Source: Alphaproteobacteria bacterium
GTDB taxonomy: Bacteria; Pseudomonadota; Alphaproteobacteria; JBFXJJ01
Assembly: GCA_050175015.1 (NCBI GenBank)
Contig: JBFXJJ010000002.1
Coordinates: 96,001 to 160,000, forward strand
Direction of reading: 5' to 3'
DNA: 64,000 bases
Each line of letters starts with the position of its first letter. Positions within the stretch are counted from its first letter, which is position 1. The translations under genes and the position numbers were made by a program. Positions 37,859-48,604 of the stretch are shown piece after piece. A model generated the notes under the pieces. The model ran no database searches. It was not told the DNA's origin and saw only the letters and a program-made list of their open reading frames with translations.

Positions 37859-38151
37859 AACAACGATACCGCTTGAGCAATCACATTTTGCAGAAAATAA
37901 ATTATGAGAATCAAAAACAGCGGGGACAAATCAATCCCGCTTATTGGCGGAACGATTCTTCGTATCTGGCGAAAGGCAGGCTCGGTTATACGGTATAGAA
38001 AATCTCTGATTAAATAAACGAAGCGCTGGTGAACATTTATAATATTAAATGCCACCAGCCAGCTTATAATAACTGAAAGAAAAATTGCCTTTAAATATAA
38101 GTCCAAAAGAATGAACAACACATTTACGAGCGGAATTATTATAACATTCAT
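37855..38151 (-). CDS. yggT: YggT family membrane protein
   Basis: IISWLVAFNIIN...RITEP..RQIRRIVPPISGIDLSP. Confidence 0.92.
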   Translation of the reverse strand: MNVIIIPLVNVLFILLDLYLKAIFLSVIISWLVAFNIINVHQRFVYLIRDFLYRITEPAFRQIRRIVPPISGIDLSPLFLILIIYFLQNVIAQAVSLL

Positions 38152-38969
38152 TAACAGCGTGATCCATGTTGAGCCTGAAGCAATTTATCCCTAAGCAATA
38201 AATCTTTTGCCCTATCTGCCGTAAATGTTTTATGACGGTCAGGGTTTCTTGTCTGCTTCATTAGTTGTTTCAATCTTTCCTTAGCATTATCCTTAGCATT
38301 ATTCGAAAGCTTCATATTATCTAAAGACTGTCCAGCAACGGACGGCATAGTATAAAAACCTCTCGTCCTGCTCTTGCATGTTAAATAATCCTTAGCCAGC
38401 CTGTCGAGCATTGTCATCGGATTTTGCTCTTCCATATCCTTATCTGTACTCTGAGGCTTAGCAACAACTGTAGGCTGCATATTTTTAGCTTGAATTTCTT
38501 CTGCTTTGTCATTGCTAATATATTGTTTACCTTGAGTTACAACAATATTGCGGATATTTCTTAAATATTGTCTTTTAAGCATTAAATCAGCAAGCATCGC
38601 TTGGGATTTTTTGCTGTTTAATTTTTTCAAAACTGATATTTTGCCGTCAAGTTCAGATGAACGGCGGGACAAATTACCCACAAAATTATTGAAACCTAAA
38701 ACGTCAGTCGGGGTAACATCACCATCGCTTAATGTTGCCATAACAGACTTACTTTGCCTAACAACATTAGGTATTTCGGCACTGCCGCCACACATAGCGT
38801 CTCTTTTAACAATGCCCTCAAAGTAAAAGTCGCCCTTATCAGCTTGTAATTCGTCTGACTGGCTTTTAGCCTCAGCCTCATTTCCACTTTTTGCCAGGTC
38901 TTCTATTTTTTGTTTTCTAAGCTCAAAAGCTTCTCTTCTTTTTCTTGCAAGATCTTCATCAGCAGACAT
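38151..38969 (-). CDS. Hypothetical protein
   Basis: 272-aa ORF with AAGGAG RBS; stop overlaps the yggT start; no motif recognised. Confidence 0.75.
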   Translation of the reverse strand: MSADEDLARKRREAFELRKQKIEDLAKSGNEAEAKSQSDELQADKGDFYFEGIVKRDAMCGGSAEIPNVVRQSKSVMATLSDGDVTPTDVLGFNNFVGNLSRRSSELDGKISVLKKLNSKKSQAMLADLMLKRQYLRNIRNIVVTQGKQYISNDKAEEIQAKNMQPTVVAKPQSTDKDMEEQNPMTMLDRLAKDYLTCKSRTRGFYTMPSVAGQSLDNMKLSNNAKDNAKERLKQLMKQTRNPDRHKTFTADRAKDLLLRDKLLQAQHGSRC

Positions 38970-39050
38970 TTTAAACTCTCCTTCGATAACTGTTTTATCA
39001 AAACATAGATATTATAACATAATATGTTATGCTGAATTATGAAAAGTTTG

Positions 39051-39479
39051 TTAAAAAAAATCGCCAAAAATTTCTTGTCCTCTTAGACGCCAATCAATAC
39101 CATCAGCGACCCACTCACTAATTTCTTCAAGCTTCTCGAGAGGTATTTCAAGCGCTTCGCCAACATTGGCAATAGACAGAACCTCATTATCCGTCAAATC
39201 GCCATCAGCATTAGCAAGAGTAAACATATCTCTAACCAAAGCCAGTTTTAAGCCCTCAGAAAAATTTGCTTCCGTAACTAAAAACGCAATATCATCATCA
39301 GAACGTTTTTTTATGATTTCATCAAAATATTTTTCATCAATATCATTAATTGAACAAAGTGACTTAACGAATTCTTTTTCATCATCATCAAAATTGCCAT
39401 CAGCTCTTGCAATATGAGCAAGAACCTTCATAAATATTTTTTTGCCGTCGAGACTTAGTTCTTCAAGATAATTTTCCAT
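39051..39479 (-). CDS. TerB-like protein
   Basis: Duplicated motif IARADGNFDDDEK / LANADGDLTDNEV. Confidence 0.82.
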   Translation of the reverse strand: MENYLEELSLDGKKIFMKVLAHIARADGNFDDDEKEFVKSLCSINDIDEKYFDEIIKKRSDDDIAFLVTEANFSEGLKLALVRDMFTLANADGDLTDNEVLSIANVGEALEIPLEKLEEISEWVADGIDWRLRGQEIFGDFF

Positions 39480-39629
39480 TACGGTTACGTCCTTAAAAAT
39501 CTATAAATATCAATTATAAAAAAAACATTTTGCATTACACCTGTTGCAAGTGCAATAAATATGTTCCTATATTATGTTTTTTTATATATAAGTTCTAATG
39601 TTAATAAAATAAATACCTTAAGCGATAAA

Positions 39630-40961
39630 ATGCAAAATAAATTTTATATAAAAACCTATGGCTGCCAGATGAATGTCTATGATTCATCTCGAATTGCAGA
39701 TATTCTCATAAAAGAAGGCTATGAGCATACTGACGACATTAATAACGCCGATTTAGTCCTGCTCAACACCTGCCACATAAGAGAGAAAGCTGCAGAAAAA
39801 GTTTTTTCTGATTTAGGACGGATAAAGTTAATTAAAGATGCCAAAAAAGAAGAAGGCAAAGACTTGAGTATAGCTGTATGCGGCTGTGTCGCTCAAGCAG
39901 TTGGCGATTATATAATAGAAAGAGCTCCATATGTTGATTTAACAGTTGGACCGCAAGCTTATCATAAAATTCCTGAAATGCTGGCTCAACACAACAAACA
40001 AAAGAAACATAAAAGCTTAATCAATATTGATTTTCCTGAAGAATCAAAATTTGATTTTCTACCTGAAATAAAAACCTCAAACTACAGTTCTTTTTTAGCC
40101 ATTCAAGAAGGATGCGACCGTTTTTGCTCTTATTGCGTCGTTCCTTACACTAGAGGGATTGAATATTCCAGACCAGTGCAAGAGGTTTTAAAAGAAGCAA
40201 AGAAATTAATCGACCTTGGCGCACTAGAGTTGAATTTATTAGGTCAGAATGTTAATGCTTGGCACGGTCTTAATGATGACGGCAAAGAATGGGATTTAGC
40301 CCGCCTGCTCTATGAACTGGCAGAAATCAATGGACTTGAGCGCATTAGATATACCACATCTTATCCCGCAGATATGACACCTAGCCTCATCAAAGCACAT
40401 GGAGATATAGCAAAACTAATGCCTTATCTTCATCTACCTGTACAATCTGGGTCTGATACTATTCTAAAGAAAATGAACCGCCGCCATAATTCTTCAGATT
40501 ATTTAAAAATAATTGATGCTTTAAAAGAAACTAATCCTAATATGGCTTTTTCTTCTGACTTTATTGTTGGTTTCCCTGGTGAAACTGATGATGATTTTCA
40601 AAAGACTTTAGATATTGTCGATAGAGTTGGTTTTGCTCAGGCTTTTTCTTTTAAATACAGCAAAAGACCTGGAACCCCTGCCGCCGAAATGCCTAATCAA
40701 GTTGAGGAAAAAGTTAAAGAAGAACGTTTAGCCGCTTTACAGGAAGTTATAAACAAAAATCAGTTATCATTTAATAAAAGTTTTATTAACCAAAAAATTG
40801 ATATATTAATTGATGGTGTCGGAAACAAAGAAGGACAGAAAACAGGAAAGAGCCCTTTTATGCAAACCGTTTGTGTCGATGCTGAAGAAGAATTTATCGG
40901 TAAAATTACTACCGTTACCGTAGTAAAAGCCGGAGCTAACAGTTTAACCGCAAAATTGTAA
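39630..40961 (+). CDS. miaB: tRNA-2-methylthio-N6-dimethylallyladenosine synthase MiaB
   Basis: KTYGCQMNVYDS, NTCHIREKA, radical SAM CDRFCSYC; start likely ATG 39630. Confidence 0.96.
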   Translation: MQNKFYIKTYGCQMNVYDSSRIADILIKEGYEHTDDINNADLVLLNTCHIREKAAEKVFSDLGRIKLIKDAKKEEGKDLSIAVCGCVAQAVGDYIIERAPYVDLTVGPQAYHKIPEMLAQHNKQKKHKSLINIDFPEESKFDFLPEIKTSNYSSFLAIQEGCDRFCSYCVVPYTRGIEYSRPVQEVLKEAKKLIDLGALELNLLGQNVNAWHGLNDDGKEWDLARLLYELAEINGLERIRYTTSYPADMTPSLIKAHGDIAKLMPYLHLPVQSGSDTILKKMNRRHNSSDYLKIIDALKETNPNMAFSSDFIVGFPGETDDDFQKTLDIVDRVGFAQAFSFKYSKRPGTPAAEMPNQVEEKVKEERLAALQEVINKNQLSFNKSFINQKIDILIDGVGNKEGQKTGKSPFMQTVCVDAEEEFIGKITTVTVVKAGANSLTAKL

Positions 40962-40978
40962 TTTTATGAGGAATACCC

Positions 40979-41974
40979 GTGAACACTGAAAAAAATAACG
41001 ACGAAAAAATTGTTAAAGAATATAGTGAAAACATTGTTTTTCTACAACTTGTTGGACCTCAAAATTGTAACATCGATAAAATCGAGAGAGAACTAAATGT
41101 TACAATCCAAACGATTGGCAATAAAGTTGTTGTCATTGGTAAATCCGATGCTACTAAAGCGGTTGTTTCTATTTTAGACAGTCTATACGATAGAGCTAAA
41201 AAAGGTCTCCATATTGAAAATGCTGACATTGATGCTGCTATTAGAATGAACTTCGGCGGTAAAGTTGTTGCTTCCGCAACCGAACGCAAAACAGATGACT
41301 TAACCATTAAAACCCGCAAACGCCACATTTCTCCAAGAACTGCAACTCAAGCAGAATATATCAAAGCTATGCTTGATAACGAACTTGTTTTTGGTTTAGG
41401 TCCAGCAGGAACGGGCAAAACGTATCTTGCTGTTGCCCTTGCTGTATCTATGATGATTGAGGGCAAAGTTGACCGCATAATTTTATCCCGTCCAGCTGTT
41501 GAGGCTGGAGAGCATTTGGGCTTCCTGCCAGGCGATTTAAAAGAAAAAGTCGATCCTTATTTAAGACCTCTTTATGATGCTTTATATGATATGATGCCTT
41601 CTGACCAAGTTGATAAAAAACTAGAGTCAGGAGAAATAGAAATTGCACCTCTTGCTTTTATGCGCGGCAGAACCCTTGCAAACTCTGTAGTTATTCTTGA
41701 TGAAGCTCAAAACACTACTCCGATGCAAATGAAGATGTTTTTAACAAGACTCGGCGAAAACTCCAGAATGGTTATCAATGGCGACTTAAGCCAAACAGAC
41801 TTACCAGGAGGAACAATCTCTGGTATGTCTGACAGCCTTGAAATTTTAGAGAAAATTTCAGGAATAGCCGTTGTCAACTTTACGGAAAAAGATGTTGTCC
41901 GCCATGGTTTGGTTGCCAAAATTGTAAAAGCTTACGATGATAGGTTCAAAGCCAAGCAGAAAGCTAAATCTTAG
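40979..41974 (+). CDS. phoH: PhoH-like ATPase (YbeZ)
   Basis: GPAGTGKT, RPAVEAGEHLGFLPGDL, AFMRGRT, LDEAQN. Confidence 0.95.
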   Translation: MNTEKNNDEKIVKEYSENIVFLQLVGPQNCNIDKIERELNVTIQTIGNKVVVIGKSDATKAVVSILDSLYDRAKKGLHIENADIDAAIRMNFGGKVVASATERKTDDLTIKTRKRHISPRTATQAEYIKAMLDNELVFGLGPAGTGKTYLAVALAVSMMIEGKVDRIILSRPAVEAGEHLGFLPGDLKEKVDPYLRPLYDALYDMMPSDQVDKKLESGEIEIAPLAFMRGRTLANSVVILDEAQNTTPMQMKMFLTRLGENSRMVINGDLSQTDLPGGTISGMSDSLEILEKISGIAVVNFTEKDVVRHGLVAKIVKAYDDRFKAKQKAKS

Positions 41975-41999
41975 CCGAAAGAACAAAGATTAAAATATA

Positions 42000-42524
42000 A
42001 TGTCTGATACTCATCATTTTTTTGAAATCGTAATTAATCACAATACTTACAGTGATAATCGTGACTTAAAAAACTTGTGTTCAAAAGTAGCTGAAAAGGC
42101 TTTAGTAATAGGTCTTAGTAAAAACAATGACTTATCTGGAATACCATATCCTGCTGAAGCTAATATTCTTTTAACTGATGATGAGTTTATTAAAGCCTTA
42201 AATTTTAAATATCGGGGAATGAACTCGGCAACAAACGTGCTTTCTTTTGCCGCAATCGATGGAAAAGATTCTAAAAGTATCTCAGAAGAAGCAGAAATCT
42301 TTTCAACTTTGATTTTAGGTGATATCATAATATCTCTTGATACCATTGAAAAAGAAGCTCAAGAATTTTTAATAACATTTGAGGATCGATTGGCTCACAT
42401 TATTATCCATGGCGTTTTACACTTAGTCGGCTTTGATCATCAAAATGATGATGAAGCTAACGTTATGGAAAAATTAGAAGCCAGTATTTTAGCCGAGATG
42501 GGCTTTGCGAATCCTTACAACTAA
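42000..42524 (+). CDS. ybeY: rRNA maturation endoribonuclease YbeY
   Basis: LNFKYRG...TNVLSF, LGDIIIS, HIIIHGVLHLVGFDH. Confidence 0.95.
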   Translation: MSDTHHFFEIVINHNTYSDNRDLKNLCSKVAEKALVIGLSKNNDLSGIPYPAEANILLTDDEFIKALNFKYRGMNSATNVLSFAAIDGKDSKSISEEAEIFSTLILGDIIISLDTIEKEAQEFLITFEDRLAHIIIHGVLHLVGFDHQNDDEANVMEKLEASILAEMGFANPYN

Positions 42525-42542
42525 TTTTGATTATTTAACAAT

Positions 42543-43580
42543 ATGAATGACGACCACCCTAATACATTAGAAAAACAAACTATACAAAATCTTAAATCTT
42601 CAACTTCATTAAGTTCTGGTGAATTTAATGAATTAGATAAGATTGCGAGTATCGAGAAAAATCATCACAACAGGCAAAAAAACTCCGGACTTATCGGACG
42701 CATTTTAGGCAAAAAAACCTCTGAGGATTCTCTACGTGATGCAATCGAAGATTTAATTGAAGAAAACATTGAAGAAACCGGCTATGAAAACTTTTCTCAT
42801 CAAGAGCAAAAACTTATAGTAAATATCTTAGGACTTCATGATCTCAGAGCAATTGATGTTATGATGCCGAGAGCAGACATAATTGCCTTTCCTATTGAAA
42901 AACCATTGAAAGATTTAGTTAAATTAATGGTCGACAATGGTTTGTCCCGTGTTCCTATTTATAAAAAGACGCTTGATGACATTGTTGGGATTGTTCACGT
43001 CAAAGATATTTTAGGAAAATTGATTTCTAACAAAAAAACACCTATTGCTGAAATTTTAAACCCTAAAATAACTTTTATTTCACCAGCAATGCGCGTTTTA
43101 GATCTCCTGCGTGAAATGCAGATTAAAAGAGTTCATATGGCTATGGTTGTTGATGAATACGGCGGTATTGACGGCTTAATCACTATCGAAGATCTTGTTG
43201 AACAAATTGTCGGTGAAATTGAAGACGAACACGATGCCATAGATAAACCCAAAATTATAAAGAAAAGTGACGGCTCGATTGAAGCTGACGCTAGATCTGA
43301 GCTGGAAGATTTTGAAGAAATCGCAGGAAAAATCTTAACCGAAGAAGAACGCGAAGATGAAGATATTGACACCATCGGCGGTCTCATCACTCAAATCGCA
43401 GGACGAATTCCTGCTAGAGGTGAAGTTATAACGCACAGTTCTGGAACTCAATTCCGCATTATAGATGTTGACCCTAGAACAATTAAACGGCTTGCCGTTT
43501 TCAATCTGCCTAATAACGAACAATCTCTAAGTGATATTAGCAATAATGCTTTAAATGAAATCATAGATATAAAAAAATAA
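42543..43580 (+). CDS. corC: CBS-domain CorC/HlyC family protein
   Basis: VMMPRADI, SRVPIY, VVDEYGGIDGLITIEDLVEQIVGEIEDEHD, DTIGGL. Confidence 0.88.
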   Translation: MNDDHPNTLEKQTIQNLKSSTSLSSGEFNELDKIASIEKNHHNRQKNSGLIGRILGKKTSEDSLRDAIEDLIEENIEETGYENFSHQEQKLIVNILGLHDLRAIDVMMPRADIIAFPIEKPLKDLVKLMVDNGLSRVPIYKKTLDDIVGIVHVKDILGKLISNKKTPIAEILNPKITFISPAMRVLDLLREMQIKRVHMAMVVDEYGGIDGLITIEDLVEQIVGEIEDEHDAIDKPKIIKKSDGSIEADARSELEDFEEIAGKILTEEEREDEDIDTIGGLITQIAGRIPARGEVITHSSGTQFRIIDVDPRTIKRLAVFNLPNNEQSLSDISNNALNEIIDIKK

Positions 43581-43589
43581 TTATAAAGA

Positions 43590-45167
43590 ATGATACCTAA
43601 TTATTGCAATCTTATGCTGCGTTATTTGACTAGACATAGCACCTGCTTTAGCTATTGCTTAGCTGGCTTTCTTGGTGCCGCTAGCAACTTAAGCTTCGCT
43701 CCTTACAATCATACCGCTGTAATTTTTATTGCCTTAAGCGTTATGTTTTTTATTTTAAAAAATAAAAACATAAAACAGCGCTTCCTTTTAAGTTGGACTT
43801 TTGGCTTTTTTCATTTTGCATTTGGCACTTATTGGATAATTAATGCCTTAATGAAAGATGATACCATTCCTTTATTGGTTATGCCTTTAGCTTTAGGCGG
43901 GCTTAGCTTGTTGCTCGGGCTTTACCCAGCGCTTGCTTTTTTAGGCAGCAGTTTTTTTAAAAACAACGCAGCTAAAGCTTTTGCTTTTTCTGGATTATGG
44001 ACTTTGCTTGAATGGGTTAGGAGCTGGCTTTTCACAGGCTTTCCATGGAATCCTTTAGGCAGTATTTTTGCCGCTAAAGATGAGACCATACAAGCGGCAT
44101 CTATCTTTGGTGTTTATGGCTTAAGCTTAATTACAGCCTTTACTGCGGCTATCAGTGTTTATCTTTACGACCTTGATATAAAAAGCAAAATAGAAAAATC
44201 TATGCGCTATCCATTGATTAAATATCTCGCCGCTGTTTTTACTCCCTTCTGCCTGCTTTTTTTCATCTTATATGGATATGGATATGTCCGTTTGAAATGC
44301 AACCCGACAACCTACTTCGAAAATACAAACATCAGGATCATTCAGCCTAGCATTGATCAAAAACTAAAATGGGATAGAGCTTCAATCGAAAACAATTTTC
44401 TTTCCCATTTAGAGCTAAACCTTGAAAGCGGTGCCGAAAAAAACAACGCCTTTATCTGGGGAGAAACAGCCTCACCTTATGACTTAAACCAAGACGAATA
44501 TAACCGCTACCGAGCAATCCAAACCCTTCCTATAAACTCGTTATTAATAACGGGGATTATCCGTGATGACGGTTCTAATTATTACAACTCAATGACAGTC
44601 ATTTCGAAAGAAGGCAAAGTTATTGATTACTATGATAAAACCCACCGTGTCCCTTTCGGAGAATATGTCCCATTCCGAAGCTTTAGACCTATAGGAAAAA
44701 TAACTGAAGGGTATGTTGATTTAGGCAAAGGGGCTGGTGCCAAAATTATTACGACAGATATTCTGCCACCATTTACTCCTATTATATGCTATGAAGTCAT
44801 CTTTTCTGGCGAAATAAAACCTAAAGGCCTCCAACCAAGTTGGTTTTTAAATATTACTAATGATGGTTGGTATGGTCAAAGTTCGGGACCTTATCAACAT
44901 TTAGCTGCCGCTAAAATGAGAGCTGTTGAAGAGGGGATTCCTCTTGTCAGGGTTGCCAATACTGGAATTAGCTGTATCATTGATGCCCTAGGCCGAGTCT
45001 TAAAACAAATACCTCTTAATACAAAAGATTTTGCAGATTCATCTTTGCCTCAACCAGTAAAACAAACAGCTTTTAATTTATTTGGAAATAAAATTCCACT
45101 ATTTATGGCATTTTTTATGCTTGTAATTGCAACAGTATTTTTAATAAAACCAAAAGTTAAAAAATAA
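43590..45167 (+). CDS. lnt: Apolipoprotein N-acyltransferase Lnt
   Basis: EWVRSWLFTGFPWN, WGETA, YDKTHRVPFGEY, ICYEVIF, TNDGWYG, RVANTGIS. Confidence 0.96.
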   Translation: MIPNYCNLMLRYLTRHSTCFSYCLAGFLGAASNLSFAPYNHTAVIFIALSVMFFILKNKNIKQRFLLSWTFGFFHFAFGTYWIINALMKDDTIPLLVMPLALGGLSLLLGLYPALAFLGSSFFKNNAAKAFAFSGLWTLLEWVRSWLFTGFPWNPLGSIFAAKDETIQAASIFGVYGLSLITAFTAAISVYLYDLDIKSKIEKSMRYPLIKYLAAVFTPFCLLFFILYGYGYVRLKCNPTTYFENTNIRIIQPSIDQKLKWDRASIENNFLSHLELNLESGAEKNNAFIWGETASPYDLNQDEYNRYRAIQTLPINSLLITGIIRDDGSNYYNSMTVISKEGKVIDYYDKTHRVPFGEYVPFRSFRPIGKITEGYVDLGKGAGAKIITTDILPPFTPIICYEVIFSGEIKPKGLQPSWFLNITNDGWYGQSSGPYQHLAAAKMRAVEEGIPLVRVANTGISCIIDALGRVLKQIPLNTKDFADSSLPQPVKQTAFNLFGNKIPLFMAFFMLVIATVFLIKPKVKK

Positions 45168-45352
45168 ATCAAATTTTAATTTATTTTTACGTTTTTAGAA
45201 CGGTTTTAATTTATTGCTATCCATTAATTTTTACTATATACTGTTTTAGTAACTTTTTGGGGGGAGGAGGAGTTAAATCAAGCAAATGCTTTTTTACAAG
45301 CATCTGCTCGTCTGTCTTAACTCTGACTAACCGACATCAGGGTGTAAAAAAA

Positions 45353-45838
45353 ATGACGAAAGAAAAACAAAAACATAGAGCCTTTTCAAGGGGCCGCACG
45401 GCTAAGGGAGAACCTAATCCCATTGACGTTCATGTCGGTGGAAGGGTAAGACTTAGAAGAACTTTGCTTGGTATGAGCCAAGAAAAACTAGCTTCTATTT
45501 TGGGGCTTACATTTCAACAAGTACAAAAATACGAACGGGGAATGAACCGCATCGGAGCGAGTCGCCTCTGGGACTTAAGTAATGTTTTAAGAGTTCCTGT
45601 ATCTTTCTTTTTCGAAGAGATAAATCAGGAAACGGCTAACCAAAGTCCTCGTATGATTATCACAGAAAATGCCGAAGTATTCGAATTACAAGAAGAGCCA
45701 TCGCCATACGAAACTGATCCTATGAGCAAAAAAGAAACTCTGGAATTAGTGAAAGCTTATTACAAAATAAGTAATCAAAAAATAGCTAAGAATTTATACG
45801 AACTTATTATGGCTCTTAGCAAAAACTCAGAAGAATAA
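45353..45838 (+). CDS. XRE-family HTH regulator of the PhrR/PraR type
   Basis: PNPIDVHVGGRVRLRRTLLGMSQEKLA..LGLTFQQVQKYERGMNRIGASRL; conserved lnt-HTH-metK position; start likely ATG 45353. Confidence 0.9.
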   Translation: MTKEKQKHRAFSRGRTAKGEPNPIDVHVGGRVRLRRTLLGMSQEKLASILGLTFQQVQKYERGMNRIGASRLWDLSNVLRVPVSFFFEEINQETANQSPRMIITENAEVFELQEEPSPYETDPMSKKETLELVKAYYKISNQKIAKNLYELIMALSKNSEE

Positions 45839-45858
45839 TTTAAGAAGAATCAATAATT

Positions 45859-45900
45859 AAATAATGCCTTTCTTAAGTAGATAAGAAAGGCATTATTTTT
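45859..45900 (+). terminator. Intrinsic terminator
   Basis: AAATAATGCCTTTCTTA-6 nt-TAAGAAAGGCATTATTT followed by T runs. Confidence 0.85.
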
Positions 45901-45986
45901 GTTTTTTTAAACTGGATACTTGATTTTTATTTTCTATGTGCTTAAAAGAAATATCTTTTTAATTTAAAAAATAGGTGGTCTTTTTA

Positions 45987-47162
45987 ATGATAATGAATAA
46001 AAAAGAATTCTTGTTTACTAGTGAATCTGTTTCAGAAGGACACCCAGATAAGGTTTGCGATAGAATTTCAGATTCAATAGTTGACCTTTTCCTTGGTAAA
46101 GATCCTAATGCAAGAGTTGCTGTTGAAACATTAGCGACAACTAACCGTGTTGTTCTTGCTGGTGAAGTTAGAGCTAATTTTGAAATTAATCCTAAACAGC
46201 TTGAAGACGCTGCTAGGAATGCGGTTAAAGAAATCGGATATGAACAAGACGGCTTCCATTGGAAAAATATGGTTGTTGAAAATCATATTCACAGTCAATC
46301 TGCAGATATCGCCCTTGGGGTTGATACTGATGGCGCAGGAGACCAAGGAATTATGTTTGGTTTTGCTGTTAAAGAGGACTTGGGAGATGACTACAAAGGT
46401 GATTATATGCCTGCTCCTATCCATTTTTCACATCATATTTTAAGATCTATGGCTGAAGCTCGTCACTCTGGTGAAACTCCTGAATTTTTACCTGATGCTA
46501 AAAGCCAAGTTACATTAAAATATGTTGATGGCAAACCTGTTGGTACAACTTCTATTGTTGTTTCAACTCAACACACCGCAGATGTTGACCAGAAAAAGAT
46601 TAGAGAGCTTGTTCGCCCTCATGTTCTAAAAGTCCTTCCAGAAGGCTGGATGTGTGATGAAGATCAGTTCTACGTTAATCCAACTGGACGCTTTGTAATC
46701 GGCGGCCCTGATGGCGACTGCGGTCTCACAGGACGCAAAATTATTGTTGATACTTACGGCGGTATGGCTCCTCACGGCGGCGGCGCTTTTTCAGGTAAAG
46801 ATCCAACCAAAGTTGACCGTTCAGCAGCTTATGTTTCCCGTTATTTAGCTAAAAACGTTGTGGCTTCTGGTTTAGCAAAAAGCTGTCTGATTCAGCTTTC
46901 TTATGCTATCGGTGTTGCCAAGCCTTTGTCTTTATACTTAGACTGCAACGGAACAGCTAAAGTTGATGAAGCAAAAATTGCAGATGTTTTAACTGAATTA
47001 GTTGATTTAACTCCAAAGGGAATTATCAAACATCTCAATCTTAGAAACCCAATTTACAAAATCACCTCTTCTTATGGCCACTTTGGCCGCAAACCTAGAG
47101 AAGACGGCAGTTTTTCTTGGGAAAAAACTGACTTAGTCGACGATCTTAAGAATGCTTTCTAA
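45987..47162 (+). CDS. metK: S-adenosylmethionine synthetase
   Basis: [28 protein letters not shown]; start ATG 45987 or 45993. Confidence 0.98.
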   Translation: MIMNKKEFLFTSESVSEGHPDKVCDRISDSIVDLFLGKDPNARVAVETLATTNRVVLAGEVRANFEINPKQLEDAARNAVKEIGYEQDGFHWKNMVVENHIHSQSADIALGVDTDGAGDQGIMFGFAVKEDLGDDYKGDYMPAPIHFSHHILRSMAEARHSGETPEFLPDAKSQVTLKYVDGKPVGTTSIVVSTQHTADVDQKKIRELVRPHVLKVLPEGWMCDEDQFYVNPTGRFVIGGPDGDCGLTGRKIIVDTYGGMAPHGGGAFSGKDPTKVDRSAAYVSRYLAKNVVASGLAKSCLIQLSYAIGVAKPLSLYLDCNGTAKVDEAKIADVLTELVDLTPKGIIKHLNLRNPIYKITSSYGHFGRKPREDGSFSWEKTDLVDDLKNAF

Positions 47163-47898
47163 AGATACTAAAACTAAGTTTTATGGTCGAAGGCAAGGTA
47201 AGAAAATACGCCAGCCTAGAGTTAATCTTTTAAAGAATCTCTTACCGCAAATTGCGATTAATAAGAATTCTTTAAAAGATACCATAGATATAAATAATCT
47301 TTTTTCTTTTAAACCAGAACAATTATGGCTTGAAGTAGGCTTTGGCGGTGGAGAACATACCTCAGAGCAAGCTTTAAATAATCCTAAAACAGCTATTATT
47401 GCCTCTGAAGTATTTGTAAACGGCATCGCCAGCCTACTGGCTCACTTAGCAGGAACCCATAGTGATGGGACTATTCTTGATGATGAGAGCTGTTCCTTAG
47501 AAACGCGCCGTTCAGACAATGTCCGCATATTTCCAGATGATGTAAGACTTCTTTTTCCCTTTTTACCTGATGCTTGTTTTGACCGTATCTTTGTCTTATT
47601 CCCAGATCCTTGGCCTAAAAAGAGACACGCCTTAAGAAGATTTATTGGCCCTGACAATCTTCCTGAATTGAGACGTCTATTAAAAGTTGGCGGAGAACTA
47701 AGGGTTGCCAGTGATGATATGAATTATATCAGATGGAGCCTAGAGCATCTTAACAAAAATCCTTATTTTGAATGGCTTGCAACCAACCATTTAGACTGGA
47801 AAACCCCTCCTAAAGACTGGGTTCAAACAAGATACGAGCAAAAAGCTCTAAGCAAAGGTGATAAACCTGTTTATTTGCGCTTTCAAAAAAAATCTTAG
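47152..47898 (+). CDS. trmB: tRNA (guanine-N7) methyltransferase TrmB
   Basis: [34 protein letters not shown]. Confidence 0.95.
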   Translation: MLSKDTKTKFYGRRQGKKIRQPRVNLLKNLLPQIAINKNSLKDTIDINNLFSFKPEQLWLEVGFGGGEHTSEQALNNPKTAIIASEVFVNGIASLLAHLAGTHSDGTILDDESCSLETRRSDNVRIFPDDVRLLFPFLPDACFDRIFVLFPDPWPKKRHALRRFIGPDNLPELRRLLKVGGELRVASDDMNYIRWSLEHLNKNPYFEWLATNHLDWKTPPKDWVQTRYEQKALSKGDKPVYLRFQKKS

Positions 47899-47986
47899 GA
47901 TAATTTTATAAAAAACTTTATTTTTCGTTATTTTATGCTATATGTATAAATGCTTTCAGAAAATATTTTCCCAATCGGGACTTTGG

Positions 47987-48021
47987 AAGTGGGCTTTTCG
48001 TTTGTTTAGCCCGCTTTTTTT
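47987..48021 (+). promoter_or_regulatory. Terminator-like leader hairpin upstream of the rimP-nusA operon
   Basis: AAGTGGGCT...AGCCCGCTT followed by a T run; resembles the widespread GTGGGC/GCCCAC rimP-leader hairpin. Confidence 0.65.
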
Positions 48022-48068
48022 ATTATCTGAAAATCAGGTTAGAAACTATTAGTTTTTAAGGACAAAAA

Positions 48069-48554
48069 ATGGAACTTAACCACAAAATTGAGGAGATTAT
48101 ATCTCCTGTTTTAGAAAATTTAGGATACGAGCTGGTCAGAGTTCAGCTTTTAGGTACCGTGCGCCAAACCCTTCAGATTATGGCAGAACGCAAAGACGAA
48201 CAAGCTATGGCTATTGAAGATTGTACCGCTATAAGCCGAGCAATATCTCCTATTCTTGATGTTGAAGATCCTATAAGCAGCAGCTATTCTCTTGAAGTAA
48301 GCTCTCCTGGCGTCAACCGTCCTTTAACTAAACCTGTGGACTTTGTCCGTTTTAAAGGACTTAATGTCAAAGTTGAAACTAAGAGCTTTATCGAAAAGCG
48401 CAAAAAATTTAATGGAATTTTAAAAGATTTTACTGAAGACAATACCGTCGTTATCGCTATTGAAGAGGAAATTTTTAACATTCCTTATGAAGATATCCGC
48501 AGTGCTAAATTAGCTATCGCTGACAATCTTCTAAAAAAACAACCCAAAAAATAA
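48069..48554 (+). CDS. rimP: Ribosome maturation factor RimP
   Basis: LGYELVRV, TLQIMAER, DCTAISRAIS..LDVEDPI, YSLEVSSPGVNRPL. Confidence 0.96.
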   Translation: MELNHKIEEIISPVLENLGYELVRVQLLGTVRQTLQIMAERKDEQAMAIEDCTAISRAISPILDVEDPISSSYSLEVSSPGVNRPLTKPVDFVRFKGLNVKVETKSFIEKRKKFNGILKDFTEDNTVVIAIEEEIFNIPYEDIRSAKLAIADNLLKKQPKK

Positions 48555-48604
48555 TTGTTTATTAATCAAATTTTTTAAGGAGCGTCCTAAAGGTCGAAAA
48601 TACA

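Noticed and set aside
45839-45986. SAM riboswitch upstream of metK
   Set aside because: Only a terminator and AT-rich promoter DNA; no SAM-II/SAM-SAH consensus recognised.
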